Positions 9,667 through 18,637 of a stretch of DNA of 64,000 nt are shown here, in pieces. The DNA lies in NCBI GenBank assembly GCA_963734535.1, contig CAVTHS010000010.1, positions 160,001-224,000 on the forward strand, written 5' to 3'. The position numbers and the translations under genes were made by a program. Each line of letters opens with the position of its first letter. Position 1 is the stretch's first letter. This DNA is from an uncultured Chloroflexia bacterium. GTDB lineage: Bacteria > Chloroflexota > Limnocylindria > Limnocylindrales > CSP1-4. The notes beneath the pieces were generated by a model that did no database searches, was not told where the DNA came from, and was given only the letters and a program-made list of their open reading frames with translations.

Positions 9667-9945
9667 CTACCGGATGACGAGCCCGGCCACGGCCAGCACC
9701 ACGCCCGCGCCAGCGACCACGAGCGCCTCGCGCACGCGCGAGCGCAGGATCGACTTCATGACGTCGGCGCCCGTCGTGTCGCCGACCGCGCGGCCGGGAC
9801 CGCCCCGCCAGGCGCGGTAGCGCTCCGCATTAGCTTCCTGCGCTCGGAGCGCCTGGTAGCGCCCCCACGGCCTGCGCGCTCGCCACAGGCCGATTGCGAC
9901 GAGCGCGACCCCGGCGACAACAAGGACGAGGCCGAGCGGGCTCAT
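9667..9945 (-). CDS. Small hypothetical membrane protein (2 TM), coupled to gatB
   Basis: ATGA overlap with the gatB stop; two hydrophobic segments flanking a charged loop. Confidence 0.65.
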   Translation of the reverse strand: MSPLGLVLVVAGVALVAIGLWRARRPWGRYQALRAQEANAERYRAWRGGPGRAVGDTTGADVMKSILRSRVREALVVAGAGVVLAVAGLVIR

Positions 9946-11456
9946 GCCGGCTCCCCTCCCCCGCCCTCGAGCCGCGCCCGGAGCGCGGCCTGGACGAGAG
10001 CCGCATTCGCCTGGCCCCGGGTCGCCTTCATCACCTGGCCGACGAGGAAGCCCGCCGCCTGGGCCTTCCCGGCGCGGTAGTCGGCGACGGCCGTCGGATT
10101 CGCAGCGAGCACGCCGTCGAGGATCGCGGCGAGCGCTCCGGAGTCGGAGATCTGGGCGAAGCCACGCTCGGCGATCAGCTCCGCCGCGGGCCGGCCGGAT
10201 TCCAGGTGCAGCGCCACGACCTCCTTGGCGTTCGGACGTGAGAGGTGGCCGGCGTGGACCTCGCGCAGGACGTGCACGAGCGACGCCGCGTCGGCACGGC
10301 CGACGAGGCCGCCCGCGGTCCGTTCCGGGCTCTCCTTGGCCACCCGGCCGTAGTCGCCGCTCACGAAGTTCGCGAGCTCCTTGGCGGGGAGGTCCGGGCC
10401 GGCCGCGCGCAGGGCCTCGAAGGCTGCGCTCATCGTCTCGTCCGCGACGATGACGGCCGCGTCGTACGGCGAGAGGCCAAGCTCGTCGCGATAGCGGGCC
10501 CGCCTGGCCGCGGGCAGCTCCGGGAGCCCGGCCCGGATCTCGGCGAGCCATTCGCGGTCCAGCTGGAGCGGCGGCAGGTCGGGCTCCGGGAAGTAACGGT
10601 AGTCGTCCGAGTCCTCCTTCACCCGCATCACGTAGGTGGCGCCCTTCGCGTCGTCCCAGCCACGCGTCTCCTGGCGGAGCGTCTCGCCGGCGTCGAGGGC
10701 AGCAGCCTGGCGCTCGATCTCGTGGGCGACCGCGCGCTCCACCGCGCGGAACGAGTTCATGTTCTTGACCTCGGTCCGGATCCCGAACGGTTCCGTGCCG
10801 CGGAGGCGCAGCGAGACGTTCGCCTCCACCCGCATCTGGCCGTTCTCCATCTCCGCGTCGGAGACGTCGATCGCGCGGAGCAGGAGCCGGAGCTCCTCCG
10901 CGTACCGGCGCGCCTGCTCGGCGCTCCGCACGTCGGGCTCGGTGACGATCTCCATCAGCGGCACGCTGGAGCGGTTGAAGTCCACGAGGCTCACGCGGCT
11001 CCCGTCGGGGCCTGCCGCGTGGACCAGCTTTGCCGTGTCCTCCTCCAGGTGCGCGCGCCGGATCCGGATCGTGATCGGACCCTCGGAGGTCAGGAACGTG
11101 AGCGAGCCGTCGGCAGCCAGCGGAAGGTCGTACTGGCTGATCTGGTACCCCTTCGGGAGGTCCGGGTAGAAGTAGTTCTTGCGGTCCCAGCGCGTGGTGG
11201 CAGGCGCGGCTGCCCCGATCGCGGCCCCGGTTGCCAGCACGTGCTCCACGGCCCGCCGGTTGAGGGTGGGAAGCGTGCCTGGCAGGCCCAGGCAGACCGG
11301 GCACGTGTGCGTGTTCGGGGCGGCGTCCGGGTGCGGGACCGCGCAGGCGCAGAACATCTTGCTCGCGGTCCGGACCTGGCAGTGCACCTCGATCCCGATG
11401 ACTGCCTCCCAACGGGTGGCGTCGGCCGCGCCCGGGAGCGTCGCGGCGCCGGTCAT
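9942..11456 (-). CDS. gatB: Asp/Glu-tRNA amidotransferase subunit B
   Basis: VIGIEVH, CPVCLGLPG, RKNYFYPDLPKGYQISQ, HLEED, YRYFPEPDLPP. Confidence 0.97.
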   Translation of the reverse strand: MTGAATLPGAADATRWEAVIGIEVHCQVRTASKMFCACAVPHPDAAPNTHTCPVCLGLPGTLPTLNRRAVEHVLATGAAIGAAAPATTRWDRKNYFYPDLPKGYQISQYDLPLAADGSLTFLTSEGPITIRIRRAHLEEDTAKLVHAAGPDGSRVSLVDFNRSSVPLMEIVTEPDVRSAEQARRYAEELRLLLRAIDVSDAEMENGQMRVEANVSLRLRGTEPFGIRTEVKNMNSFRAVERAVAHEIERQAAALDAGETLRQETRGWDDAKGATYVMRVKEDSDDYRYFPEPDLPPLQLDREWLAEIRAGLPELPAARRARYRDELGLSPYDAAVIVADETMSAAFEALRAAGPDLPAKELANFVSGDYGRVAKESPERTAGGLVGRADAASLVHVLREVHAGHLSRPNAKEVVALHLESGRPAAELIAERGFAQISDSGALAAILDGVLAANPTAVADYRAGKAQAAGFLVGQVMKATRGQANAALVQAALRARLEGGGGEPA

Positions 11457-11485
11457 GCGGACGTCGCCGTCATGCGGACGTCGCC
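11452..11485. repeat. Perfect 17-bp tandem duplication over the gatB start
   Basis: GTCATGCGGACGTCGCC x2 (11452-11468, 11469-11485). Confidence 0.9.
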
Positions 11486-11618
11486 GTCACGCCGGCTGGG
11501 GGGTGTCAGGGTCACGGCGAGCATGCCACGCAGTGTCGCATAGGGCCCGTCCCTCCGCCGCTCCGGGCGGCCCCGTGGCCGCTCACGGCGACCCGGGCGG
11601 CCCCGCGACGGCCGATGC

Positions 11619-12614
11619 TCAGGCCGTGACCGACGGGCGCCCCCCGCAGGTGCCGTCGGCCCTGGGCGCAACGCAGCCCGCGAAGTGGCCCGCCTCGAGC
11701 TCGGCAAGACCAGACCCCGCGGGGCCGGCGAGACTCCCACCGGTCGCCCCGTCGGGCAGCGCCCCGTGGTAACGGCACGGCTCGGTCGGCCCCGGCGCCC
11801 AGCCCGATCCGGCCCGGACGCCGGCATCGATCTGTCCCCACTTCTCGTGGAGCCGGGGGACCGACGCGATGAGCATCCGGGTGTACGGGTGGATCGGGTG
11901 CCCGAAGACGGCCGCCGTGGCCCCCATCTCGACGATCCGTCCCCGACGCAGGATCACGGTTCGTTCGCTGATGTAGTTGCCGAGCGAGAGGTCGTGGGTG
12001 ATGAACAGGATCCCGAGGCCACGGGCCTTGAGATCGCCGAGCAGGTTCAGCACGTCGATCCGGGTCGACGCGTCGAGCATGCTGATGATCTCGTCGGCCA
12101 CGAGGTATCGCGTGTCGAGCAGCAAGGCCCGCGCGATGAGAAGGCGCTGCAGCTGCCCGCCACTCAGCTGGTGCGGGTACTTGTGGAGAACCTGGGCGGG
12201 ATCGAGGGTGACCGCCTCCAGCGCGTCCTCGAGGCGGCGCTGCCAGTCGGCGGTCGACGCCGATCCGAAGTAGACGCCCCGGATCAGGCCGAAGACGTGG
12301 TCCGCCTTGAAGATCGGGTTGAACGAGCTGAACGGGTCCTGGAAGACACCCTGGACGGTCTGGTAGTACGAGCGCAGCCCGGGCCCGCGGAGCGTCGCGA
12401 TGTCGGTCCCATCGTGGGTGATCGTGCCGCCGTTCACGGACAGCAGCCGCAGGATCATCTTGCCGATCGTGGACTTGCCGCTCCCGCTCTCGCCGATCAG
12501 CGAGATCACCTCGCCGGGCTGGAGCGAGAAGCTCACGTCGCGGACAGCCGGGAGGTCGGTCCCGCCGAAGAGGCCAACCTTGTAGGTCTTGGAGACCCGC
12601 TCGAGCGTCAGCAT
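11619..12614 (-). CDS. Oligopeptide/oligosaccharide ABC transporter ATP-binding protein (OppF-like)
   Basis: GESGSGKS, LSGGQLQR, HPYT; start MLTLERVSK overlaps the upstream stop. Confidence 0.92.
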   Translation of the reverse strand: MLTLERVSKTYKVGLFGGTDLPAVRDVSFSLQPGEVISLIGESGSGKSTIGKMILRLLSVNGGTITHDGTDIATLRGPGLRSYYQTVQGVFQDPFSSFNPIFKADHVFGLIRGVYFGSASTADWQRRLEDALEAVTLDPAQVLHKYPHQLSGGQLQRLLIARALLLDTRYLVADEIISMLDASTRIDVLNLLGDLKARGLGILFITHDLSLGNYISERTVILRRGRIVEMGATAAVFGHPIHPYTRMLIASVPRLHEKWGQIDAGVRAGSGWAPGPTEPCRYHGALPDGATGGSLAGPAGSGLAELEAGHFAGCVAPRADGTCGGRPSVTA

Positions 12615-13567
12615 CAGGAGGCCATCCAGCAGGCCACCGAGTGGCCGGGCTCGAGCTCCACGAAGGGGGGCTCCTCCTCCGCGCACCTCGCGATGGCGAT
12701 GGGACAGCGATCCCGGAACCGGCAGCCGGTCGGGGGGTTCAGCAGCGGCGGCGGCGTCCCGGGGATGCCCGTCAGGCGCTGCTCCTCGAAGCGCACGCCG
12801 ATCTCCGGGAGCGACGAGATCAGCAGGCGCGTGTAGGGATGGCGTGGACTCGACATGATCTCGTCGGTCGGGGCCTTCTCGGCCAGCTTGCCGGCGTACA
12901 TGATCGCCAGCGTGTTCGAGATCTGATAGAGGATCGAGACGTCGTGCGTGACCACGATCATGCTCTTGACGAAGCCCCGGTCGCGGAACTCGACGAGCGT
13001 CTGGGCGACTGCGCGCTGGCTCGACACGTCGAGGGCCGACGTGATCTCGTCGGCGATCAGCAGCGACGGGTCCAGGAGCGTCGAGAGCACCATCACCATC
13101 CGCTGCTTCATCCCGCCGGACAGCTCGATCGGGTATCGCTCCAGGACGTCTGGGCTGAGCCCCACGAGGACAAGCCGACGCTCGAGCTCCTCGCGGGCGT
13201 CGCGGAGGCGCACGCCCCGGGTTGCCAGGAGCTCCCCCACCATCTTCCCGATCTTGCGTGTCGGGTTCAGGGCGCTCATGGCGTACTGCGGGATGAGCGA
13301 GACCTCGGCGAACCGGAAGTGGTTCATCTCGGCCTGGTCGTCGATCGGGAGTGGGACCCCGTCGAGCGTGACCGTCCCGCCCACGTGACGCATCCGCCCC
13401 TCCATCCGGATGAGGCTGTTGCCGAGGGTCGACTTACCGCAGCCGGACTCGCCCGCGAGGCCCATGATCTCGCCGTCCGCGATGCCGAAGGTGACCCCGT
13501 CGAGGGCCTGGACGTCGCCGGCGAGCGTCCGGTAGTAGACGCGGAGGTCCGTTACCTGGAGGCTCAC
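12614..13567 (-). CDS. Oligopeptide/oligosaccharide ABC transporter ATP-binding protein (OppD-like)
   Basis: GESGCGKS, LSGGMKQR, C-terminal GCRF..RCP; GTGA overlap. Confidence 0.92.
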   Translation of the reverse strand: MSLQVTDLRVYYRTLAGDVQALDGVTFGIADGEIMGLAGESGCGKSTLGNSLIRMEGRMRHVGGTVTLDGVPLPIDDQAEMNHFRFAEVSLIPQYAMSALNPTRKIGKMVGELLATRGVRLRDAREELERRLVLVGLSPDVLERYPIELSGGMKQRMVMVLSTLLDPSLLIADEITSALDVSSQRAVAQTLVEFRDRGFVKSMIVVTHDVSILYQISNTLAIMYAGKLAEKAPTDEIMSSPRHPYTRLLISSLPEIGVRFEEQRLTGIPGTPPPLLNPPTGCRFRDRCPIAIARCAEEEPPFVELEPGHSVACWMAS

Positions 13568-14529
13568 GTGTTCCTCAGCTTGGGGTTGAAGACCTCGTCG
13601 AGGCCCACGTTGGTGATGTACAGCGCGCCGACGATGGCGGTGATCGCCACGCCGGGGGGGATGAACCACCACCACAGGCCGAGCTGGAGGGCGCTCCAGG
13701 CGACCGCGTCGTACATCATCAGCCCGAGGGACGACCCGGTCGTCGGACCCAGCCCGATGAAGTCCAGCGTGGCGGCGATCAGGATCGCTCCCCCGAAGAG
13801 CAGGATGAAGGTCAGGAACAGGTACGAGCTCATGTTCGGCGCGATCTCGCCGAAGACGATCCGCATGCCGCGGACGCCGCTCATGCGGGCGAGGCTCACG
13901 AACTCCCGTGACCGCAGGGAGAACGTCTGTGCGCGAATGGCCCGGGCGGCCCACGGCCACGACGTGAGGCCGATGAAGAGCGCTTCCACGACCACGCCGC
14001 GGGCCGACAGGTAGGCCGCCGCGACGAGGAGAAGGGCGAGGGTCGGGATCACGAGGACGACGTTCGTGATCATGTTCAGGACCTCGTCGACCCAGCCACC
14101 CCGGTATCCGGCCACGAACCCGACCGTCATCCCGATGATCGCCGCGAGCCCCCCGCCGAGCGCGCCGACGAGGAACGTGGAGCCGAGGCTGTAGACGAAC
14201 TGGGCGAAGATGTCCTGCCCGAATGAGGTGGTCCCGAACCACCAGTCGGCGGACGGCGAGGCGCCCAGGGGTCCGATGAGCGCATCCGGATCGCCCGGCC
14301 GGATGATCGGGCCGATCACGGCGAGGATGACGAAGAACGCGATGATCGCCAGGCCGATGATCACCTTCTTCGTTCGCAGCGCGAAATAGAGGATCTCGCC
14401 GCGGCGGCTCATCGGTCGTGGAGCGGGGCGCCCACCCACCGGGACCGCGCCGGGAACCGTCGGCACGCCCTGGGGGCCCTGCACGACGTCCGGGGCCGGC
14501 GCGCCCGCCGCGGGGACGCGGGTCGTCAT
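13564..14529 (-). CDS. ABC transporter permease (OppC-like)
   Basis: WFGTTSFGQDI, hydrophobic helices, FNPKLR terminus. Confidence 0.9.
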   Translation of the reverse strand: MTTRVPAAGAPAPDVVQGPQGVPTVPGAVPVGGRPAPRPMSRRGEILYFALRTKKVIIGLAIIAFFVILAVIGPIIRPGDPDALIGPLGASPSADWWFGTTSFGQDIFAQFVYSLGSTFLVGALGGGLAAIIGMTVGFVAGYRGGWVDEVLNMITNVVLVIPTLALLLVAAAYLSARGVVVEALFIGLTSWPWAARAIRAQTFSLRSREFVSLARMSGVRGMRIVFGEIAPNMSSYLFLTFILLFGGAILIAATLDFIGLGPTTGSSLGLMMYDAVAWSALQLGLWWWFIPPGVAITAIVGALYITNVGLDEVFNPKLRNT

Positions 14530-15524
14530 GCTTCTTCTCCGCTCATGGCGACCCGCACCCGCGGGTCCACGACCACGTAGGCGATGTCCACGATGAAGTT
14601 GGCGACGAGCACGCCGACGATGATGAAGAGGAAGATGCCCTGGAGCAGGAAGAAGTCCTGGTTCTGGATCGAGGCCAGCAGCAGCTTGCCCAGCCCCGGG
14701 TAGGAGAACACGATCTCCGTCACGAGCGCGCCGGCAACGACCACGCCCAGGCTCAATGCCAGCCCGGTGATCTGCGGCAGCATCGCGTTGCGGAACGCGT
14801 ACTTGCGCACGAGCCGGCTCGGCGCACCGAGCGCCTCGAGGTAGCGAGAGTAGTCGGCCTCGAGCTCATAGATGATCATGTTGCGCATCCCGATGGCCCA
14901 GCCGCCGAGCCCGACCAGGAAGAGCGAGGCGAAGGGCAGGACCCAGTGCGAGAAGAGGCTCCCGATGAACTTCCAGGTCAGGGCGGGCTCCAGCGAGTAG
15001 CTGTACCCGCCGGAGATCGGGAAGATGTTGAAGATGAAGCCAAGCACCCACGCAAGGACGATGGCGAGCCACATGTACGGCGTCGCGGTCAGCACGTAGC
15101 CGACCGGCAGGACCGTGTTGTCGAGCCACTTCCGGCGGGCGGCCCGCGCCCCGATCGTGTTCCCTACCCACCAGCTCAACAGGACGGCCGGGATGAGCAG
15201 GGCCAGGGTGTACGGGACGGCGCTGAGGATCACGCTCGTCACGGGCCGGCCGGTCAGGTAGACGCTGCGGCCGAGATCCCCGTGGAGCAAAGACACCCAG
15301 AAGTTGAAGTATTGCTCCCAGATCGGGCGGTTCAGCCCGAACAGGTTGTTGTAGTACGTGACGAGCGCCTGCGATCCCTCGGGGCTGAGCCCGAACCCGG
15401 TCCGGCTCACCAGGCTCTGGACCGGGTCCCCGGGCATGAAGCGCGGGATCAGCCAGTCGATCGTGGCCGCGATGAAGAACGTGGCCGCGTAGATGAGGAG
15501 CTTGCGCCCGAAGTAGCGTCGCAA
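14526..15524 (-). CDS. ABC transporter permease (OppB-like)
   Basis: RFMPGDP, GDLGRS, EIVFSYPGLG, DPRVR motifs; TTG start. Confidence 0.9.
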   Translation of the reverse strand: MRRYFGRKLLIYAATFFIAATIDWLIPRFMPGDPVQSLVSRTGFGLSPEGSQALVTYYNNLFGLNRPIWEQYFNFWVSLLHGDLGRSVYLTGRPVTSVILSAVPYTLALLIPAVLLSWWVGNTIGARAARRKWLDNTVLPVGYVLTATPYMWLAIVLAWVLGFIFNIFPISGGYSYSLEPALTWKFIGSLFSHWVLPFASLFLVGLGGWAIGMRNMIIYELEADYSRYLEALGAPSRLVRKYAFRNAMLPQITGLALSLGVVVAGALVTEIVFSYPGLGKLLLASIQNQDFFLLQGIFLFIIVGVLVANFIVDIAYVVVDPRVRVAMSGEEA

Positions 15525-15564
15525 TGGGTGTCCCCTGGGCGCCCGCCGACGGGCCGGGCGTGGA

Positions 15565-15597
15565 CGTCCCTCCCCCCGCAGCGCGGGGGGAGGGACG
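15565..15597 (-). terminator. Perfect 15-bp hairpin downstream of the substrate-binding gene
   Basis: CGTCCCTCCCCCCGC-agc-GCGGGGGGAGGGACG between the SBP and first permease. Confidence 0.6.
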
Positions 15598-15612
15598 GTT
15601 CTCGACGGACGT

Positions 15613-17412
15613 CTACTGGGCGGGCGGAACCGGCTTGAGCTCGGTGAGCATCAGGACGGCGCCAAGCTGCCAGTAACCATTCCATGTCGACGGGAGCCAG
15701 TGGTTGCTGCCGTCGGCGCTTGACGGCCAGTTGGTCCAGACCGCGTTGCTGACCTGGGACCACATGCCGTTGTACCACATGGGGATGACCGGAAGATCCG
15801 TAAGCTGGATCTTCTGGAGCTTCGAGGTGATCGCCTGCATCGCCGCGATGTCGGTGACCGGCGTCTTGTCAAGCTGCTGGACGAGGGCCCAGGCGTCAGC
15901 GTTCTCGTAACCGCCGTAGTTCCGGTTCTTGCCTGCACCCGTCATCAGGGGCATGTGGAAGATGTAGTCGTAGTAGGTCCACGGCGTGTTGCTGATCTGG
16001 ACCTCGTTGTTGATGACGAGGTCGAAGTCGCCGGCATTCCGCGCCGCGACGAGGCCGTTGTAGTCGAGAGGCTTGGACTCGACGTTGATCCCGGCGGCCT
16101 TCAGGCTCGTGATGATGATGTCGCGCGCCGCCTCCCAGTCCGACCAGCCGGTCGGCACCGAGATGGTGAGCTTGATCGGCGAGCCATCCTTGTTGGTGAC
16201 GAAGCCATCAGCGCCCGCCTTGTAGCCGGCCGCAGCCAGCATCGTCTTGGCCTTGGCGAGGTCGAACTTCGTGCCGAGGTCGGCCACGACGGCCTTGTCG
16301 ACGTACTTGTCCCACGAGGGGAGGAGGCCGGTCGGGTTGGCGGGGGCCACGATGTTGGCATAGGCGTTGCTGACGATCTGGGGGACGTTGATCGCCGTCG
16401 CGATCGCCTTGCGGAACGCCGGGTCGCTGGTGGGCGTCTTCTTGTCGTTCGTGACGAGCCAGGCCGTGTTGGCCGACAGCATGTACGGCGCCGCCGGATA
16501 GTAGGTCTTCACGTAGCCGCGATTGACGAGCTCGCCGATGCCCGGCAGGAAGTTGTTGCTCAGGTCGAGGCCGCCCTGGAGCACCATGCCGAGCGCGACG
16601 CTGTTGGCGCCGTTGACGATGTCGACGATGTACTTGGGCTTGACGTCCAGGTTGAGGGCCGTCTTGGCCCACCAGTTGTCGTTCTTGACCCAGACCATTC
16701 GGTCATCCGCATGGGTCTTGTACATGTAGGGGCCCGTCCCGACGCCGTTCTCGTTCGTGGTCTTGAGGATGTCCTCGTTTGCCAGAGACGACCAGACGTG
16801 CTTCGGGAGGATGGGGCTGTTGTAGGTCCAGGTCGCCCATTCCTGGTAGGCCGGATTGGAGAACTTGACCACGACCGTCGAGGCGTCTGTCGCCGTCGCG
16901 TCCGTGACGTAGGTCCACAGGTTGGAGCCGATGGCCTTGATCTTGGCGAGGCCGATCGTAAATGCCACGTCATCCGCCGTGAGCGGCTGGCCATCCGACC
17001 AGTTGACGCCCTGGCGGACCTTGATCGTATAGGTGGTCGGATCGGTCCACGACGCGCTCTCGGCGAGCCATGGCTTGAACTCGTCCTTCTGCGGGTCGTA
17101 CAGGAACAGGGTCTCGTACTGGAGGCCCACGGTCCCCATCGCCGCGTTCGGATCGAGCGGGTTCCAGGTGGACGGGGCGCCGTACTGCTTGCCGCTCGTG
17201 TAGAGCGTCTCGGCGCGCGGGTAGTCGACGACCGCGGCTTCCGAGGGCGCCGCGGACGGAGACGCGGGCGCAGACGGGGACGCCGCGGATGCGGCCGCGG
17301 ATGCGGCAGCCGACGGCGCGACGGACGGCGCCGTGGTGGCTCCGCTCGAGCAGGCCGTCGCCACCAGGCTCAGGACCGCGAGCAGGGCAACGATTCGATG
17401 CCTCTGTGCCAT
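15613..17412 (-). CDS. Family-5 ABC substrate-binding lipoprotein, probably cello-/manno-oligosaccharide binding
   Basis: Lipobox VATAC, SBP_bac_5 motifs (WSDGQPLTADDVAFT, GTGPY), GWSDW motif, context of GH1/GH94/GH130. Confidence 0.88.
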   Translation of the reverse strand: MAQRHRIVALLAVLSLVATACSSGATTAPSVAPSAAASAAASAASPSAPASPSAAPSEAAVVDYPRAETLYTSGKQYGAPSTWNPLDPNAAMGTVGLQYETLFLYDPQKDEFKPWLAESASWTDPTTYTIKVRQGVNWSDGQPLTADDVAFTIGLAKIKAIGSNLWTYVTDATATDASTVVVKFSNPAYQEWATWTYNSPILPKHVWSSLANEDILKTTNENGVGTGPYMYKTHADDRMVWVKNDNWWAKTALNLDVKPKYIVDIVNGANSVALGMVLQGGLDLSNNFLPGIGELVNRGYVKTYYPAAPYMLSANTAWLVTNDKKTPTSDPAFRKAIATAINVPQIVSNAYANIVAPANPTGLLPSWDKYVDKAVVADLGTKFDLAKAKTMLAAAGYKAGADGFVTNKDGSPIKLTISVPTGWSDWEAARDIIITSLKAAGINVESKPLDYNGLVAARNAGDFDLVINNEVQISNTPWTYYDYIFHMPLMTGAGKNRNYGGYENADAWALVQQLDKTPVTDIAAMQAITSKLQKIQLTDLPVIPMWYNGMWSQVSNAVWTNWPSSADGSNHWLPSTWNGYWQLGAVLMLTELKPVPPAQ

Positions 17413-17474
17413 TCGTGAACTCCTCCGTGATCCTCGCGATGTGCTCCCACCAGCGATGGGAGCGATCGAACGTC

Positions 17475-18485
17475 TCAGGGGCGCGTCACACCTCCCACCG
17501 TCGACTGGCGGATGACCAGCTCCGTCGGCAGGATCACGCGGCGCGGCGTGCCATCGCTGTCCGCCATGAGCTGGAAAAGCGTGCGCGCCGCCTCGGCACC
17601 CTGTTCACGAACGCCCTGGCGGACGGTCGTGAGCGGCGGGTCGAGGCGGGCGGCAAAATCGAGGTCGTCGAAGCCGGCTAGGGCGATGTCGTCGGGTACG
17701 CCGAGGCCCTGGGTGCGGATCGTCTCGAGGGCGCCCATCGCTGTTGCGTCGTTGGCGCAGAAGATCGCGTCGCAGCGGCGCTCGAGGAGCACCTCGGCCC
17801 CGGAGGCGCCGGAGGGCGAGTTGAAGTCGCCATCCACCATGAGGCCGTCTGTCGACAGCCCCGCCCGCTCCATCGCGCGTTGATAGCCGGTGATGCGATC
17901 CTCGGCCGCGACCGTGCCCCGCATCCCGGTGATGTGCCCGATGCGCGTGCGGCCGATCTGGATCAGGTGCGACGTCACGCTGTCCGCGGCGTGCACATGG
18001 TCGACGTCGACGTAGCTTGCGGTGCGATCGTGGCGACGGTGCCCCACGAGGACCGTCGGAAGGTCCGATGCGAGCAGGCCGTCGACGAGGGGGTCCTCGC
18101 GGTAGTGGGCGGTCACGATGACCCCGTCCACGAGGCCCATGGACAGGATGTTGTCGAGCGTCTCCTCCTTCGTGCGGTTCCCCAGCCACAGCATCATCCC
18201 GGCCGCCAGGTCGACGAACTCGTCGCTCATCCCCTGGAGCAGCTGCCCGAAGTACGCGTCCCGGAAGAGCAGGTGCGGATCGATGTGCATCACCACGCCG
18301 ACGACCCCGGAGCGCCCCGACGCGAGCGACCGGGCGGCGAGGTTGGGCCGGTACCCCGTCTCCGCGAGCATGTGCTCGACGCGGCGTCGGGTCTTGTCGG
18401 AGACCGAGCCGCCATTGATCACGCGCGAGACGGTCGCCCGCGACACCCCGCTCAGTCGCGCGAGCTCGTCGATGTTCGGTGCCAC
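17475..18485 (-). CDS. LacI-family transcriptional regulator
   Basis: HTH NIDELARLSGVSRATVSRVIN, AIFCAND, GFDD, LTTVRQ; GTG 18485 preferred as start. Confidence 0.93.
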   Translation of the reverse strand: MAPNIDELARLSGVSRATVSRVINGGSVSDKTRRRVEHMLAETGYRPNLAARSLASGRSGVVGVVMHIDPHLLFRDAYFGQLLQGMSDEFVDLAAGMMLWLGNRTKEETLDNILSMGLVDGVIVTAHYREDPLVDGLLASDLPTVLVGHRRHDRTASYVDVDHVHAADSVTSHLIQIGRTRIGHITGMRGTVAAEDRITGYQRAMERAGLSTDGLMVDGDFNSPSGASGAEVLLERRCDAIFCANDATAMGALETIRTQGLGVPDDIALAGFDDLDFAARLDPPLTTVRQGVREQGAEAARTLFQLMADSDGTPRRVILPTELVIRQSTVGGVTRP

Positions 18486-18508
18486 CCGGTTGCCAGCCCT
18501 CGGTAGGA

Positions 18509-18524
18509 TTGGAAGCGCTTCCAA
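18509..18524. promoter_or_regulatory. LacI-type operator, perfect palindrome TTGGAAGCGCTTCCAA
   Basis: 16-bp palindrome with central CG typical of LacI operators; second half-site GCGCTTCCAA at 18613-18622 before GH1. Confidence 0.8.
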
Positions 18525-18553
18525 AAAGTACCGACCCGCAACCGCAATGTCAA
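18525..18553 (-). promoter_or_regulatory. sigma70 promoter of the lacI-ABC operon
   Basis: TTGACA (18553-18548)-17 nt-TACTTT (18530-18525), immediately followed by the operator. Confidence 0.7.
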
Positions 18554-18637
18554 GTCAATGCTGTACCATTCCCGGCGATGCGATCCCATCGCGTCACCAA
18601 TTTGACATGTACGCGCTTCCAATCCGGAGGAGCAGGC

